Shown: positions 61,253 through 64,000 of the stretch, piece by piece
Position numbering within the stretch: the stretch's first letter is position 1
Layout: each line of letters opens with the position of its first letter
Assembly (NCBI RefSeq): GCF_006345805.1
Contig: NW_021836294.1
Coordinates: 1-64,000, forward strand
Direction: 5' to 3'
Origin: Octopus sinensis
Lineage: Eukaryota
Length of the DNA: 64,000 nucleotides
Program-made: the position numbers and the translations under genes
The notes under the pieces: model-generated
The model's input: only the letters and a program-made list of their open reading frames with translations
Databases searched by the model: none
Told to the model about the DNA's origin: nothing

Positions 61253-64000
61253 GGCGGCGAGCTGTCAGAGACGTTAGCACGCCGGGCGAAATGCTAAGCG
61301 GTATTTCGTCTGCCGTTACGTTCTGAGTTCAAATTCCGCCGAGGTCGACTTTGCCTTTCATCCTTTCGGGGTCGATAAACAAAGTACCAGTTACTAACTG
61401 GGGTCGATGTAATCGACTTAATCCGTTTGTCTGTCCTTGTTTGTCCTCTCTGTATTTAACCCCTTCTGGGTAGTAAAGAAATAAGAAACGTTAGCACGCC
61501 GGGCGAAATGCTTAGCGGTATTTCGTCTGCTGTTACGTTCTGAGTTCAAATTCCGCCGAGGTCGACTTTGCCTTTCATCCTTTCGGGGTCGATTAAATAA
61601 GTACCAGTTACGCACTGGGATCGATATAATCGATTTAATCCCTTTGTCTGTCCTTGTTTGTCTCCTCTATGTTTAGCCCCTTGTGGGTAGTAAAGAAATA
61701 AGTATTTCGTCTGCCGCTACGTTCTGAGTTCAAATTCCGCCGAGGTCGACTTTGCCTTTCATCCTTTTAGGGTCGATTAAATAAGTACCAGTTACTCACT
61801 GGGGTCGATGTAATCGACTTAATCCATTTGTCTGTCCTTGATTGTCCCCTCTGTGTGTAGCCCCTTGTGGGTAGTAAAGAAATAGGTATTTCGTCTGCCG
61901 CTACGTTCTGAGTTCAAATTCCACTGAGGTCGACTTTGCCTTTCATCTTTTCAGGGTCGATTAAATAAGTACCAGTTACTCACTGGGGTCGATATAATCG
62001 ACTCAATCCGTTTGTCTGTCCTTGTTTGTCCTCTCTGTGTGTAGCCCCTTGTGGGTAGTAAAGAAATAGGTATTTCGTCTGCCGCTACGTTCTGAGTTCA
62101 AATTCCACTGAGTTGACTTTGCCTTTCATCTTTTCAGGGTCGATTAAATAAGTACCAGTTACTCACTGGGGTCGATATAATCGACTCAATCCGTTTGTCT
62201 GTCCTTGTTTGTCCTCTCTGTGTGTAGCCCCTTGTGGTAGTAAAGAAATAGGTATTTCGTCTGCCGCTACGTTCTGAGTTCAAATTCCACTGAGGTTGAC
62301 TTTGCCTTTCATCTTTTCAGGGTCGATTAAATAAGTACCAGTTACTCACTGGGGTCGATGTAATCGACTCAATCCGTTTGTCTGTCTTGTTTGTCCTCTC
62401 TGTGTGTAGCCCCTTGTGGTAGTAAAGAAATAGGTATTTCGTCTGCCGCTACGTTCTGAGTTCAAATTCCACTGAGGTTGACTTTGCCTTTCATCTTTTC
62501 AGGGTCGATTAAATAAGTACCAGTACTAGTTACTCACTGGGGTCGATATAATCGACTCAATCCGTTTGTCTGTCCTTGTTTGTCCTCTCTGTGTGTAGCC
62601 CCTTGTGGGTAGTAAAGAAATAGGTATTTCGTCTGCCGCTACGTTCTGAGTTCAAATTCCACTGAGGTTGACTTTGCCTTTCATCTTTTCAGGTCGATTA
62701 AATAAGTACCAGTTACTCACTGGGGTCGATATAATCGACTCAATCCGTTTGTCTGTCCTTGTTTGTCCTCCTGTGTGTACCCCTTGTGGGTAGTAAAGAA
62801 ATAGGTATTTCGTCTGCCGCTACGTTCTGAGTTCAAATTCCACTGAGGTTGACTTTGCCTTTCATCTTTTCAGGGTCGATTAAATAAGTACCAGTTACTC
62901 ACTGGGGTCGATATAATCGACTCAATCCGTTTGTCTGTCCTTGTTTGTCCTCTCTGTGTGTAGCCCCTTGTGGGTAGTAAAGAAATAGGTATTTCGTCTG
63001 CCGCTACGTTCTGAGTTCAAATTCCACTGAGGTTGACTTTGCCTTTCATCTTTTCAGGGTCGATTAAATAAGTACCAGTTACTCACTGGGGTCGATATAA
63101 TCGACTCAATCCGTTTGTCTGTCCTTGTTTGTCCTCTCTGTGTGTAGCCCCTTGTGGGTAGTAAAGAAATAGGTATTTCGTCTGCCGCTACGTTCTGAGT
63201 TCAAATTCCACTGAGGTTGACTTTGCCTTTCATCTTTTCAGGGTCGATAAATAAGTACCAGTTACTCACTGGGGTCGATATAATCGACTCAATCCGTTTG
63301 TCTGTCCTTGTTTGTCCTCTCTGTGTGTAGCCCCTTGTGGGTAGTAAAGAAATAGGTATTTCGTCTGCCGCTACGTTCTGAGTTCAAATTCCACTGAGGT
63401 TGACTTTGCCTTTCATCTTTTCAGGTCGATTAAATAAGAGTTACCAGTTACTCACTGGGGTCGATATAATCGACTCAATCCGTTTGTCTGTCCTTGTTTG
63501 TCTCTCTGTGTGTAGCCCCTTGTGGGTAGTAAAGAAATAGGTATTTCGTCTGCCGCTACGTTCTGAGTTCAAATTCCACTGAGGTTGACTTTGCCTTTCA
63601 TCTTTTCAGGGTCGATTAAATAAGTACCAGTTACTCACTGGGGTCGATATAATCGACTCAATCCGTTTGTCTGTCCTTGTTTGTCCTCTCTGTGTGTAGC
63701 CCCTTGTGGGTAGTAAAGAAATAGTATTTCGTCTGCCGCTACGTTCTGTGAGTTCAAATTCCCTGAGGTTGACTTTGCCTTTCATCTTTTCAGGGTCGAT
63801 TAAATAAGTACCAGTTACTCACTGGGGTCGATGTAATCGACTCAATCCGTTTGTCTGTCCTTGTTTGTCCTCTCTGTGTGTAGCCCCTTGTGGGTAGTAA
63901 AGAAATAGGTATTTCGTCTGCCGCTACGTTCTGAGTTCAAATTCCACTGAGGTTGACTTTGCCTTTCATCTTTTCAGGGTCGATTAAATAAGTACCAGTT
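61253..64000 (+). repeat. SINE-A-derived tandem array, at least 15 units of ~184 bp, runs off the window
   Basis: Units start at 61253, 61487, 61702, 61886, 62070, 62252, 62434, 62624, 62805, 62989, 63173, 63356, 63541, 63724, 63909. Confidence 0.95.

Noticed and set aside
61880-61895. Back-splicing as the origin of the AG|GT SINE-A junction
   Set aside because: The unit start in the monomer is preceded by TTAGCG, so no acceptor AG abuts it, and no GT donor is fixed after the 3' end.
55854-64000. CRISPR-like array suggested by the regular ~184-bp repeats
   Set aside because: Whole units are repeated with no unique spacers and no cas genes; units are SINE bodies in eukaryotic DNA.

Overview
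Eukaryotic, AT-rich, repeat-dominated DNA. It is most likely an octopus (cephalopod) intronic or intergenic region; this is inferred from the tRNA-headed SINE families and the microsatellite load, not from a search. No host protein-coding gene, rRNA, true tRNA or CRISPR array can be supported, and most ORFs in the supplied track are translated micro/minisatellites. Contents: five tRNA-headed SINE families (working labels SINE-A to SINE-E are mine); non-autonomous Helitrons; TIR MITEs with 8-bp, 9-bp and TA target-site duplications (TSDs); LINE relics of CR1, RTE, R4/Dong-like and Tx1 (L1) type; a Penelope-like RT fragment; a mariner relic; and several hammerhead-ribozyme-like motifs. The most notable signals are four. 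(1) A TSD-flanked 1.8-kb ORF1-only (gag-knuckle) Tx1-like element at 51032-52853, nested in a palindromic MITE that is itself nested in a Tx1 ORF2 relic. (2) A ~40-nt 3' tail shared by this element, by ORF2-bearing Tx1 relics and by SINE-A, suggesting a LINE / half-LINE / SINE trio using one RT. (3) SINE-A occurs as head+(~184 bp)n concatemers with the same junction at ten or more loci, from TSD-flanked dimers and trimers up to arrays of 10 and at least 15 units. (4) Hammerhead-like motifs with compensatory stem changes. All coordinates were read by eye; repeat boundaries are approximate unless a TSD is quoted.
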